Shown in pieces: positions 38,101-48,720 of a DNA stretch of 64,000 nt. Each line of letters starts with the position of its first letter. Position 1 is the first letter of the stretch. Below the pieces are notes generated by a model. The model searched no databases, was not told the DNA's origin, and was given only the letters and a program-made list of their open reading frames with translations. This stretch comes from Eledone cirrhosa. Lineage: Eukaryota. Made by a program: the position numbers and the translations under genes. The stretch lies in contig OZ024741.1 of the NCBI GenBank assembly GCA_964016885.1, positions 257,548,001-257,612,000 of the forward strand. Direction: 5' to 3'.

Positions 38101-40051
38101 TGAGTGGTGACTTTAGCCGATGCATAATAGAGATGATTTAAGTCAGTAATGTTTAGTTTGTTTGTGATGATAATGTTTTTGAGAATTATGTTAGTCTTGT
38201 GTATTATCTTTTGGTTCTGTTTGGAGTTCTGGATCTTAGGGAGGGTGTCTCGTTCCTCCATGTCAGATTCTTTCATTTTCATCCATTCGATCATAATTTC
38301 ATCCTTCAAGTTGGCAAGTTCATTCTCATTCATTTCTTTATCATTTACGATCTCATTATTTTCATTTGGAGTTTCATCCTGAGCATGCACTCCCTCCACT
38401 TTTTCGCTCCTTTCTTTAATTTGTTCTGTTGCCAGTGATTCCGCCCCAACTCTGGGATTCGAAGTGTTACAGTTTACCTCGTTTTCACTGACACATGCTT
38501 CATTTTCCCTTCGCTGACTTTGTGCTACTAGCTTGATCTGATCAATTTCTATATCAGTTAGTAACTTTTTTCTTACAATATTTCTTCGTATATTGGCTAG
38601 TTTGTTACTGTCAGTATAGCCTCTGTTTTCGGGATGTTTCTTTTTCCAGTTGATATATGTTTGCTCTGTATTCGATGTATTTGATGGGTAGTACATGGCA
38701 GTGTAGAAAGCCTCAAGGACTTCTTTATTATCTTCCCTTGACCATTTTTCTCTCTTTTTCTTTGGATTTCTTGGTGGTGAGCATGGAGGGCCAACAGTAG
38801 GAGTATTCCGGTTATGGGAGGTCTCCAGCTCCGGAGTGATGGGAAGGTTTGAACCATTAGCTGATTTTTCGACCCCAGTCTGGTTCCTCTCTGAGGGACG
38901 CGGCCCTTTTTTACCCGGGTGACGGCCGATCCGGTATGAGATTTCATCATTAGACATCTACTTTATTTTGTCGCGTTTTATCCTTATCCGCCAAGGGGTA
39001 ATCTTTTCGTGTTACCACTTCTAGAACGAGTGTCAACCAAGACTAGAGGGGTCGTTCTCCCCTAGAGACATGGCTATTCCCCGCCGGCCGCCATCCGGTA
39101 TTTCTTGGTCACGGGGTTTTCTTTTTGTTGTTTTTTTTTTTTTTGTTTTTTTTAAATTGTTATTATCATGAGTGGTTCCTTAATGTGAGCATTGCGTGGC
39201 TTAAGAATGAAATTATTAATAATTGTCTCCACTCCAGGCACAAGGCCAGCAATCACCCAGTGCATTACAATAATATAATATACTTTTTGTTGTAGTTGGC
39301 TGTTATTGTTGCTGGCTATGTCGGTGGTGGTGCCGGGGCTTTTTATATTGTTGGTGAGGAAGGGGTGAGCCAGCAGTCCCATAATTGTTGATGTAGACGT
39401 TTGTCCGTGGCAAGGTCACCAAGTCAATCTATTTATATATTTTGCTAGCCTCTCTCTTGTCTAGTGCTACCACCACCTTCCCTTTTCTCTCTCAAGTTAA
39501 CAGGGGAATAGTGTCAGTAGCATTGAATGAGTGGTGGCGGCGATGATGGATGTGGTGGGGTGGTGGCAGCGGTGGTGTTGTGGTTACTGATATAGTATCT
39601 ATGAGTTTGTGTTCGTATGTTTAATATATATTTTCATTATATTTTGTGTTGACATATTCCCGTAAAATTTGAATTAAACATTTTTTAAAATTTGAGACAA
39701 TAATAATAGTAATTATTATTATGATGCCGGTGAAGTTGCCGTTATATTTAGTGTGATGGGATAGGTAGTGTATCAAGTTTCTGGTGTTGGTGAAATTGAA
39801 ATTGCCGCTGTTCTATATAGTGTAGACAGAGGGTGTTTTGTTCCATTTATAACCATTTTCTTTTTTTGAATACAAAATATATAATACAAAATTGAATATT
39901 TGAGCGATACAACAATATAATATGGATCCGAAACTTTATGGGACCTCATTCGGTGCCTTTATGTAACATTTGTGCTAAGAATTGTTCTTTCACAATTGAT
40001 TTAAATATGTTAAAAATCAAAAAACTTACGGGAGCAATTTCGTGACGTTCT
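35166..40051 (-). mobile_element. R4/Dong-like family B, essentially full-length element
   Basis: About 1.1 kb leader, one intact ORF and about 140 nt of 3' UTR, flanked by (TAT)n tracts. Confidence 0.93.
35307..38957 (-). CDS. 1216-aa RT/CCHC/RLE protein of the family B retrotransposon
   Basis: N-terminal R4-type KWSREDN...AFY motif, YRPITCL, GIFQGDSLSP, FYMDD, CRVC...H...C, NRPDII...IDMSVP...EKLSKY and IPVVVGALG. Confidence 0.95.
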   Translation of the reverse strand: MSNDEISYRIGRHPGKKGPRPSERNQTGVEKSANGSNLPITPELETSHNRNTPTVGPPCSPPRNPKKKREKWSREDNKEVLEAFYTAMYYPSNTSNTEQTYINWKKKHPENRGYTDSNKLANIRRNIVRKKLLTDIEIDQIKLVAQSQRRENEACVSENEVNCNTSNPRVGAESLATEQIKERSEKVEGVHAQDETPNENNEIVNDKEMNENELANLKDEIMIEWMKMKESDMEERDTLPKIQNSKQNQKIIHKTNIILKNIIITNKLNITDLNHLYYASAKVTTHLCGVKMKKQRNSHKKSTWQDNINRQINLLRSDIEILTNYKVGEHVKQTKLRKLKKKYSIRSTCDIDMLIETIKQKVSAKAARIRRFEKRSRFYKDNNMFKNNQRNFYRKIGKSTITAKSIPPKEEVQEFWEKIWAEEKVHNIHAPWIDRQMKETAHLEEQTWENITVEQLRLALRKTSKWKSPGKDKIQNFWINAFTESHELLAQLYNEIVKEPEKIPSWLVNGITFLLPKNDETNNPKNYRPITCLTTMYNILTSVLTEYTYDHLITNDLFPIEQKGCKRGSYGCKDQLLVNKMILEDCHNRHKNLSIAWIDYKKAFDSLPHSWIEKCLEIFKISPVVRRFLSFSMRTWRTTLLLNSETKSLEAGEVNINCGIFQGDSLSPLLFCIALIPLSKMLNETKHGYRVYDKTINHLFYMDDLKLFAKNDEQLQGLLSTVKQFSDDIKMEFGLDKCAKATFTRGKLLKSSDINLDRGNVIRELDQEQTYKYLGVCEGDGIKHSTMRERIRKECYRRVRAILRTELNARNRIDAINTLAIPVVTYSYNVINWSSTEIRRLDTKIRKFLTMHRMHHPKADIDRIYLPRKEGGRGLIQLDIALKTATIGLSTYLRESHDWMIKLVLKHESTKRSYSITKDAQRYSNGLQISEVPFTAEMENTEKAKQVKVTAKKELLQKLAKNWQEKPLYGKYPERANNPDVDKTLTHQWLASSGLKSETEGLIISAQDQCLPTKNYQANIIKNGCSPLCRVCKKQPETIDHIISMCSPIAPTEYLNRHDRAAQYIHWIMCKHFDLPHQKNWWEHQPPPIIEKDHISILWNFSIQTDRKIDANRPDIILKDFQRRVCLLIDMSVPIDKNVSIKTFEKLSKYKDLEIEIGKMWKLRTKTIPVVVGALGMIPKGSNDYLSQIPGNPRIGEIQKIVLMGTAHILRKILSI

Positions 40052-40069
40052 ATTATTATTATTATTATT

Positions 40070-41500
40070 ATTATTGTTCTTTGAGTCTCAGTCATTGATG
40101 TTATTTACTGGAATGTTTGTTGAAATGAATATCAAGCCACTACCTGCAGCCTCAGATATTCAGGATGTATCGGAGGGACCTTGCTGTTCCCAGCAAGCAT
40201 GCCTTTTGAAATGTTCCAAAAATCGGGGCGGCTCCAATTTTCTTTAACCATCCTTGGAAACTCTTTGAGATAGTACCTAGTGCGCCTATGACAATCGGGA
40301 CCACTTTGACTTCATGGCAGTTCCAAATCCTTTTTACCCCCCACTGGTATCGATTAATTTTCTCCTTCTCCTTCTCTTGCACTCTTGTGTCGAATGGGCA
40401 GGCTACATCCACAATCAGGCACGACCTTTTTTCCTTGTCCAAAACCACCAGATCAGGTCTATTGTGTTTCAGTTTCTTGTCCGTCTGTATTCTGAAATCC
40501 CACAGCATCTTCACCTGATCGTTTTCTATCACTAACTCTGGCTTATGCTCATACCACTTCTCAGAATGTGGTAAATTGTTTACTTTGCATACGTGACAGT
40601 GGATCACCATGCCCATCACATCATGTCTCCAGCCTTTATAGTGAGTCTGGGCTAGGTGTTTACACTCGGATACAATGTGAGCCACAGTCTCCTCTCTCTA
40701 CACACACACAATGAGCTAGCCTCCTCATTGTCAATATGGTGTTTCACCCACTTCGTTTTGAGGACCTACTCTTGCGAAACCATTAGCATTCCTTCTGTAG
40801 CCTTTTTAAGGTATCCTCTTTTCAACCAGAACCATGTCTGTGGATCTCTAAATTCAGTTTTCTCAAAGAACGTACTATGAAGGGATTTTTCATGAAGGTT
40901 GCTCTTCCTCCTTGTTGTTATTTCCTCTCTGGACATCCCCTGGTCTAATGTCCTCTCCTTCAGTACAATTCTGAGCATTGGCTCCCTACTATCAGTCACG
41001 TATTTGAGTAGGTTGTTTTTCTCCATCTGAACAAGGTCCTCTATGCTGATAAGACCTCTTCCACCTTCAGATCTCCTAAAGTAGAGTCTATCGACATCAC
41101 TCCTCTTGTGGAACATGTCGTAGATAGTCAATAGCTTCCTAGTCTTCCTATCCATTTCTTTTTGTTCAGCAACATTCCATCTCAGAATTCGCGCACTGTA
41201 CCTAATAATAGACACAGCTCGGGGATTTACTACACTTATGGCATTCATACTGTTCAGATGTGATTTTAATACGCTCCTCATTTATTAATACCAAATTCCA
41301 TACATATATCATTGTTGAAAATACGGACAGTGTCAACAAGTACATCCAACTCCTTCCCACTCTTCCCGAAGAGCTTAAGATCGTCCATGAAGAGGAGGTG
41401 ATTGATGGTAAGCTCTCCTTTTCCCAACTTGTATCCTGCTCTCACTGTTCCTAGTATAATGGTCAGGGGTATCAGGGCAAGGACAAACAACAGAGCGTAC
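40070..41500 (-). mobile_element. R4/Dong-like family A, diverged, truncated and internally deleted
   Basis: Fragments LLFMDDLKLF, RSVLKSHLN..., RPDLVVLD...YILNI with frameshifts, plus the 3' UTR. Confidence 0.9.
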
Positions 41501-41514
41501 AAATATTATTATTA

Positions 41515-44500
41515 TTATTATTGTTATTGTTATTCCTTGAATCTCAGTCATTGATGTTGGTTAACTGGAAAGTCCGTTGGATTGAATATCAAGCCACTAC
41601 CTGCAGCCTCAGATATTCAGGACGTATCGGAGGGTTCTTGCCGTTCCAAGCAAGCATGCCTTTTGAAGCGTTCCAAAAAGCGTGAAGGGGCCGATTTTCT
41701 TTAACCATCCCTGGAAACCTTTGGAGATAGTCCCCAGTGCGCCTATGACAATCGGGATCACTTTGACTTCATGGCAGTTCCAAATCCTTTTCACCTCCCA
41801 CTTTAGGTCCTGGTATCGGTTAATTTTCTCCCTCTCCTTCTCTTGCACTCTCGTGTCGAACGGGCAGGCCACATCCACAATCAGGCACGATCTTTTTTCT
41901 TTGTCCACAACCACCAGGTCAGGTCTATTGTGTTCCAGTTTTTTGTCCGTCTGTATCCTAAAATCCCACAGCACCTTCACCTGACTGTTCTCCATCACCG
42001 CCTCTGGCCTATGCTCATACCATTTCTCAGAATGTGGTAGATTGTTTACTTTGCACAGGTGCCAGTGGATCACCCTGCCCATCACATCGTGTCTCCAGCC
42101 CTTATAGTGGGTCTGGGCTAGGTGTTTACACTCGGACACAATGTGAGCCACAGTCTCCTCTCTCTCTCCACAGATCCTGCACAGTGGGCTAGCCTCCTCC
42201 TTGTAGATATGGTGCTTCAACCACTTCGTTTTGAGGGCCTGCTCCTGCGCAGCCATTAGCATTCCTTCTGTAGCCTTTTTGAGGTCTCCTCTTCTCAACC
42301 AGTTCCATGTCTGTGGATCTCTAAATTCAGTTTTCTCAAAGAAGGTACTATGAAGGGATTTTCCCTTAAGGCTGCTCTTCCTCCTTGATGTTATTTCCTC
42401 CTTGGGTATCCCCTGGCCTACTCTCCCCTCCTTCAGTACAGCTCTGAGCATTGGCTCCTTACTATAGGTCACGTATTTGTATAGGTTGTTTTTCTCCATC
42501 TGAACACAGTCCTCTATGCTGATAAGACCTCTTCCACCCTCAGATCTCCTTAGGTAGAGTCTATCGACATCACTCCTCTTGTGGAACATGTTGTAGATAG
42601 TCAATAGCTTCCTAGTCTTCCTATCCATTTCTTTTTGTTCAGCAACATTCCATCTCAGAATTCCCGCACTGTACCTAATAATAGACACAGCTCGGGAATT
42701 TACTGCGCTTATGGCATTTCTGCTGTTCAGATGTGACTTCAATACGCTCCTTACTCTCCGAATGTATTCAGTTCTTAACAATTCCTTCATTTTTTTGTTC
42801 TTTATGCCATCAGCCTCCAGAACGCCCAAATACTTGTATCCTTCCTCAGAGTCAATTTCCTTTATCATCTCACCTGTTGGTATCTGGATCCCGTTACTTC
42901 TGCTCAACCTACCCCTCCTCATCACAATGACTCCACATTTACCAATACCAAACTGCATACATATATCACTGCTGAAAATACGGACAGTGTCAACAAGCAC
43001 ATCCAACTCCTTCTCACTTTTCCCGAAGAGCTTAAGATCGTCCATGAAGAGGAGGTGATTGATGGTAAGCTCTCCCCTTCCCAACTTGTATCCTGCTCTC
43101 ACTTTTCGCAGCATAATGGTCAAGGGCATCAGGGCAAGGACAAACAACAGAGGGGACAGGCTATCTCCCTGGAAGATACCTCTCTTGATCTTCACGCTTC
43201 CCAAGGATACTCCAGTTGATGTCAACTCTGTCTCCCAGGACCCCATACTCCTGCCCAGCAACTCTCTGATGTTATCTGCCACCCCGAAGATCTCCAGGCT
43301 TTTGGTGATCCAGGAATGAGGCACCATGTCAAATGCCTTTCTGTAGTCTATCCATCCCATGGCAAGATCAGTGTGTCTCCTCCTGCAATTCCCCATTACC
43401 ATCTTATCAATAAGCAACTGGTCCTTTGTACCACGTGACTTCTTTCGGCATCCTTTCTGTTCGTCCGGCAACAAGTTGTTTGTGTGGAGGTGATGGTAGA
43501 TTTCCTCAGACACAATGCTCGTCAACAGTTTCCACATTACGGGCAGACATGTGATAGGTCTATAGTTGGTAACATCATTACCCTTGATTCGGTCTTTCAT
43601 TATCAGAACTGTGGTACCTTTTGTCAACCACTCTGGCACCTCACCCGACACCAAGCAGTCATTGAACATGGCCGTCAGCTTCGGGTGGAGGGATGTTAAA
43701 TGTTTAATCCAATACCCCTGCACACCATCTGGGCCTGGTGATTTCCAGTTGGTTAGTTTTTTGGCTTGCCCCTTAAGAGTTTCAACTGTGATACTCAAAT
43801 CAGTCTGTTGCTGTGCCTGCTCACCGATCTCCCTCTGTACTGTCTCAATCCACCCTGCCTGGGCATTGTGTCTAACATCCTGCTCCCATATTCCTCTCCA
43901 GAATGTTTTAGCTTGTTCCGCCCCAGGGATCAAGTCGGTGCCTCTTTCTTTCCCCTCAAGCTGTCCAAACAGCATCTTCTGGTTGTTGTCGAACATGCGG
44001 TTCTGTTTATACTGACTGACTCTGTTCTCGTATCGCCTGATTTTGGCACTCTTTGCTACAATGCGTTGCTTCAATTCCTCTATGATAATATTTAGCTTTT
44101 TACTCCTAGTTTTGTATTTTATTTCCAGTCTATTTTTAGTGCCTATGTTTTTTAGTGTCCCATTCAGTAGTGACTCAAGCTTTCCTATGTCATTTCTCAT
44201 TTCCCCGATTTGCCCACTCAGTCGCTTCTTCCACCACGGCTCTGCTCTTTCTTGTCTGTTGTTTCCTCTCGCTTTTATACCAAGTAGTTTCCTCACCGTA
44301 TTTGCTGTTGCTTTGAGGATATTGTTGCACTGGTGAAGACTCCTCGCCTCAAGGTATGGGATGACTTTGTTTACCTTAGCTGTTGTTTCTTTTAACTTTT
44401 TCCTGTCTACAAATCTTAGGTTCATAGGTCTCCCACTATCATTGTTCAACTCATCTACCACTAAATTTAGGATGTCAACCGAATCTTGTCCTAGCCCGTC

Positions 44501-46044
44501 AGCATTCATCTCCTCAGTGGCCGTATCTCTGTTCCAGGTATTATTTATCTCAGTATTCAGATCATTGTCTGCTTCGGGTGGTTCCTCCGCTCTCAGGACC
44601 TCCTCACCTTCATTTCCCGCCGGCTCGCTTGTCTGGCATACTACACCCGCCATCTCCAAGCCATTCTCTCTGCTCAGTTCCTCCAGTTCCAGCTCGCTTA
44701 TCCACCCATTAGTTCTTATTACCCGAGCCTGCCCGGCCAATTTTTGTTCATCTAATTTAAATAAACCAATCTCGTTCCAGATGTTATGCATCCGTCTCCT
44801 GTAGCCCCTCTCCTTGGGGTTACTTTTCAGGTAGCATTGCATAACAGTTCTATTCAATTCTTTCGTCCAGTTGGTTCTGGCCCCTTTCCTTCTTCTTCTT
44901 CCTCCAACATCAGCAGTATTTCGTTGACAGTCAGGTTCCTGCTGCTGAGCCAGGGGGCACCTGTTGGGTGAGAGTCTGTCACATGACGTTCTAGTCTCCA
45001 TTTCACCGTTATTCGAACTGTTTATGTTCGATATTTAAACACTCTTATCGAGGATTGGCGAATGTATGTTTACATAGCCATCTGTGGATCCGCCATCCCA
45101 CTTGGCCCTTGTGTGGCATTATCACCACGCTGTATACGGACACACATAAACAAACAAACACACGGGCAGAAAGGGCCCCAAAAATGAATAAGCATAAGTT
45201 TCATTGTAATGTAGTATTCGAATGTCTGACTTAGTTTTTGTTTTTTAAGTTTTACTTTTTCCCCCCTCTTCTCTGTCCGTCCGCCTGCCTCTCTCTTCAT
45301 TCTTATTTTCTTTACGTTTTGGGGGTTTCTTTTTTTGTTTTTGTTTTTCTCTGTTTTTCTCGTTTTTTACTGTTGTTGCTGTGCTGCTTTTGTTGTTTAT
45401 TTTTTCTTTTTTCTTTTGAGTCTATCTATATATTTTGATGCCTTCCTCTTTTTTAGCAGTAGGGATTCTATAATGTGGTGGCAGCAGCCAGCTAAAAGAA
45501 GAAGTGGGAGACTGGCGGCGGTAGCGATACTGAGACAGTGGTGGTGGTGATGTCGATACCGAGGCAGTGGTGGCGGTGATGTGACCGTATTACTGTAGCG
45601 ATGGTGCTGTAGCGGTGGCAGCAGTGAAGGAGTGAAGGGGTGGTGGCGGCGGTGATGGGATAATGGTTGTAATGATGGCCGTAGTGATCGGTGGTGGTTT
45701 AGTGTACACAGGTGATAGGGTGGGTGGCGTATCTAGTTTCTGGTGTTGGTGAGTTTGGCTGTTCTATATAGTGTATACAGAGGAGGAGGGGGGGGGGGGT
45801 TCTTCTTCCATTTATAGCCATTTTCTTTTTTGGATATACAGTGTACAATACAAAGTTGAATATTTGAATATTTGAGCCTTATAACAATATATTTTGGGTC
45901 CGAATTTTTTGGGGCTCAAGCCGGGTGCTTTACGTAGCATTTGTACTAAGAGTTGTTATTTCACAAATGGTTTAAATATGTTAAAAATTCAAAACTTACG
46001 GGAGCGATTTCATGACCTCCGTCACCTCGTGCGTCTTCTTCCCT
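41515..46044 (-). mobile_element. R4/Dong-like family A, full-length element
   Basis: About 1.04 kb leader, intact ORF and short 3' UTR, with (TAT)n on both sides. Confidence 0.93.
41609..45001 (-). CDS. 1130-aa RT/CCHC/RLE protein of the family A retrotransposon
   Basis: WTKELNRTVMQCY...RGYRRRMHNIW...EQKLAGQARVI (R4/Dong N-terminus), RGIFQGDSLSP, FMDD, CCHC and RPD..D..EK. Confidence 0.95.
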   Translation of the reverse strand: METRTSCDRLSPNRCPLAQQQEPDCQRNTADVGGRRRRKGARTNWTKELNRTVMQCYLKSNPKERGYRRRMHNIWNEIGLFKLDEQKLAGQARVIRTNGWISELELEELSRENGLEMAGVVCQTSEPAGNEGEEVLRAEEPPEADNDLNTEINNTWNRDTATEEMNADGLGQDSVDILNLVVDELNNDSGRPMNLRFVDRKKLKETTAKVNKVIPYLEARSLHQCNNILKATANTVRKLLGIKARGNNRQERAEPWWKKRLSGQIGEMRNDIGKLESLLNGTLKNIGTKNRLEIKYKTRSKKLNIIIEELKQRIVAKSAKIRRYENRVSQYKQNRMFDNNQKMLFGQLEGKERGTDLIPGAEQAKTFWRGIWEQDVRHNAQAGWIETVQREIGEQAQQQTDLSITVETLKGQAKKLTNWKSPGPDGVQGYWIKHLTSLHPKLTAMFNDCLVSGEVPEWLTKGTTVLIMKDRIKGNDVTNYRPITCLPVMWKLLTSIVSEEIYHHLHTNNLLPDEQKGCRKKSRGTKDQLLIDKMVMGNCRRRHTDLAMGWIDYRKAFDMVPHSWITKSLEIFGVADNIRELLGRSMGSWETELTSTGVSLGSVKIKRGIFQGDSLSPLLFVLALMPLTIMLRKVRAGYKLGRGELTINHLLFMDDLKLFGKSEKELDVLVDTVRIFSSDICMQFGIGKCGVIVMRRGRLSRSNGIQIPTGEMIKEIDSEEGYKYLGVLEADGIKNKKMKELLRTEYIRRVRSVLKSHLNSRNAISAVNSRAVSIIRYSAGILRWNVAEQKEMDRKTRKLLTIYNMFHKRSDVDRLYLRRSEGGRGLISIEDCVQMEKNNLYKYVTYSKEPMLRAVLKEGRVGQGIPKEEITSRRKSSLKGKSLHSTFFEKTEFRDPQTWNWLRRGDLKKATEGMLMAAQEQALKTKWLKHHIYKEEASPLCRICGEREETVAHIVSECKHLAQTHYKGWRHDVMGRVIHWHLCKVNNLPHSEKWYEHRPEAVMENSQVKVLWDFRIQTDKKLEHNRPDLVVVDKEKRSCLIVDVACPFDTRVQEKEREKINRYQDLKWEVKRIWNCHEVKVIPIVIGALGTISKGFQGWLKKIGPFTLFGTLQKACLLGTARTLRYVLNI

Positions 46045-46046
46045 TA

Positions 46047-46086
<40 letters not shown>

Positions 46087-46100
46087 ATTATTATTATTAT

Positions 46101-48720
46101 TGGCGACCTACGTAGGAAATCGTATCATCGTGAGCTCCGCAAAGGTTTGTTGTTTTCGTTTGTTTAAAATTGGCATTTATGAAAAATTGTTGTTGTTAAC
46201 TGTTTATAAAGTCACAAAATTTGCTTTCGGAAAAGGACACTCAAAAAGATTGGGGCCTTGAGCCAAAAATTTAAACTTTTATAATTATCAAGCAAAAGAT
46301 TTCTTTGAAAAAATCATAGACGACTCAGAGCTACACCAAGCAGTTGAGAGCCTTCCTTACAAACTAACACCTCACACCAACACCACCATTGTAAATATTA
46401 CTAGGTTTGCCAACACTAAAAATATATAAGCAGTTGCAATAATTTAAATTTGTCTCATGCAGACATTCATTTCCCGCCATTACCAATGACTGCAGGTGTT
46501 GAAGCCGCCACCACCCCCACCAACACCACAGCGACAACAGAAACAAAAGAAAAAATTAAATTATCTCGTGACATCGAAATGGATTCACCCAGAATGGACT
46601 CTTCCACACCGAACACCACTGACGCCACCACCATCACAACTGAAACTAAAAATAACAATAACAAAAATAACAATAACAACAACAGCAACAACAACAATAA
46701 GAATAACAATATCGTGTCATTTTCCAAAGCAGCCAAAAAGTGCGAAGCAATCCAAGTAACTCAGGAGGAAATAGATAAAGCCAAGAGATTGGTAAAGAAA
46801 GATGGGTACAGGGTCAGCCTCCCCCCCCCCAAATAAAATGGAGCATCGGCGCCTATGCACCGTGTCTTATCGGACAATTAACATAAAATCGCGCCGAGTG
46901 GAACGGGTATCCGAGTCCCGAATCCAAAAAGCTTTGGGACATGTGTGGGCAAAAAGCCCACATCAGACGTGGGCAGAAATATGGAACCGAGGCCAGAGAG
47001 CACTCCATGGCCCCATTAAGAAGCGACGACTACACACTCGTCCCAAGCTATTGTGGCCAGAGACTCGTAAAGATCAGGGTGACCCACGTTCCACCGGCCA
47101 TCGAAATTCCCTGGCTAATGGCTGCCGTCCTCCCCGGCATCGAAGCCAACACCAAAATAATAGAAATAGCAAAAGAAAAGCAGGAGAACTGGTCCGGATC
47201 TGGGATGGAGCTCCTGATCGAAGCGGACCAAAAAAGCATTGAGGAGATCCCAGAGGTAATAGACCTCACTGACAGCAGCCACCTCACCGTAATCGTCGAG
47301 GGTAGAAGGCCTAGGTGTGTCGTTTGGGGTGAAGGAACCCACCTAAGGGCTTTCTGCCCACAGGCTAAAAAGTTGAGGCCACCTCTCTTATCCACCCCAG
47401 TGACTCAACCATCAACACCACCAGCAGCAGAAATGGCAGCAACAACTGTAGCAGCAACAAGCCCAGCAACAGTAGCAAAACCACCACCACCACCCAACGC
47501 ACCAGAACTAGCACCAGCGCCTACACCATCCACCACGCCACAACAAAAACCAACGCCTATGAAGGATTTTCCACCTTCCGACCTATCGCAACTGGAGACA
47601 GATCGTGACGACGGGGAGTGGGAAACGGTATCAGGAAAAATGAAAAAAAAGAAAAAAAAAGACAAAAAAGAAAAAAATCCCCTTCCTTCCCCCTCCAAAA
47701 ACAAAATACAGAAGGAAACAAATAAACTATCAAACAAAAAAGTTAGGACAGCTATGCCACCATCCACACCAGCATCACCAACCCCATCACCACAAAAACC
47801 AACACCATCACCATCATTAACCCCAACACAACCATTACCAACACCACAAATGTCATCAAAAAGCGAAACAGAAACAAACTCACATCAAACGCAAACAAAA
47901 CAAAACAACCAAAACGATACACACTACACAGCATTAAATTTGAACACGGTGGATTGGCAGTATCGGTAGAAGGTCGGACGCCATGCTTTCCAGCATAGTT
48001 ACGTCCCTTTACGATCTGAGTTCAAATCCCGCCGAGGTTTACTTTGCCTTTCATCCTTACGGGGTCGATAAAATAAAGTACCAGTAATGTACTGGGATAA
48101 TTGCTGGCCTTGTGCCAAAAGTAGAAACAATTAAATTTGAACAACAACCAACTATTACACTACATCCAACACAACACCAGCATCACAGAAAAAGACTACA
48201 CAACACCCCAAAAGTTCACACCACCTCCACACATACAAATCACTCGCATCACACAGAAAACGTACATGACACTAAAACAAAAATTCCTCAAAGACATCGG
48301 AGACTTCCGACAAGCACTCTCCAGGAGGATTTATAAGGACATCCTTACGGAGGAGGCCACAAGCAGTGAAAAGGATGGAGAAACCATCCTTCCTCTACGA
48401 GAAGTAAGGTAAGTGGTCTTTCCCATCTTTTCCACTCCATTTCAACATGATCTCACTCAGAATAGGCAGCATAAATGAGCGTGGCTTGGGGTCATCATGG
48501 AAGCAGGGACACCTGCTCAACGACCTGAGGTCACTAAACATAGATGTAGTGGCCATCAGCGAGACCAGAATCTCCGAAGCACGGGCCTTCGCAAGGATCT
48601 TCGGCGTCTACGATGTGTACGCATCTCCCAGCCGTCCTGGATGGGGGGGGGGATTGCTGTGCTTTTTCGGAGTGGTTTGGATCTCGCCATACGGGCCATC
48701 TTCCTGAAAGCAGAAGGTAA
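46101..48720 (+). mobile_element. L1/Tx1-clade LINE, 5' part (ORF1 and start of the APE domain), degenerate
   Basis: Frameshifted ORF1 with knuckle CVVWGEGTHLRAFC and a Pro/Thr-rich tail. ORF2 starts at about 48447 (LRIGSINERGL...DVVAISETRI) and is truncated near 48720. Confidence 0.85.
47948..48130 (+). mobile_element. SINE family 1, full length with a 14-bp target-site duplication
   Basis: ATTAAATTTGAACA at 47933-47946 and 48130-48143. The empty site is visible in the paralogous LINE at 61343-61356. Confidence 0.95.

Noticed and set aside
42711-44804. Antisense ORFs overlapping the Dong-like ORFs
   Set aside because: They are shadow frames, repeated only because the element copies are near-identical.
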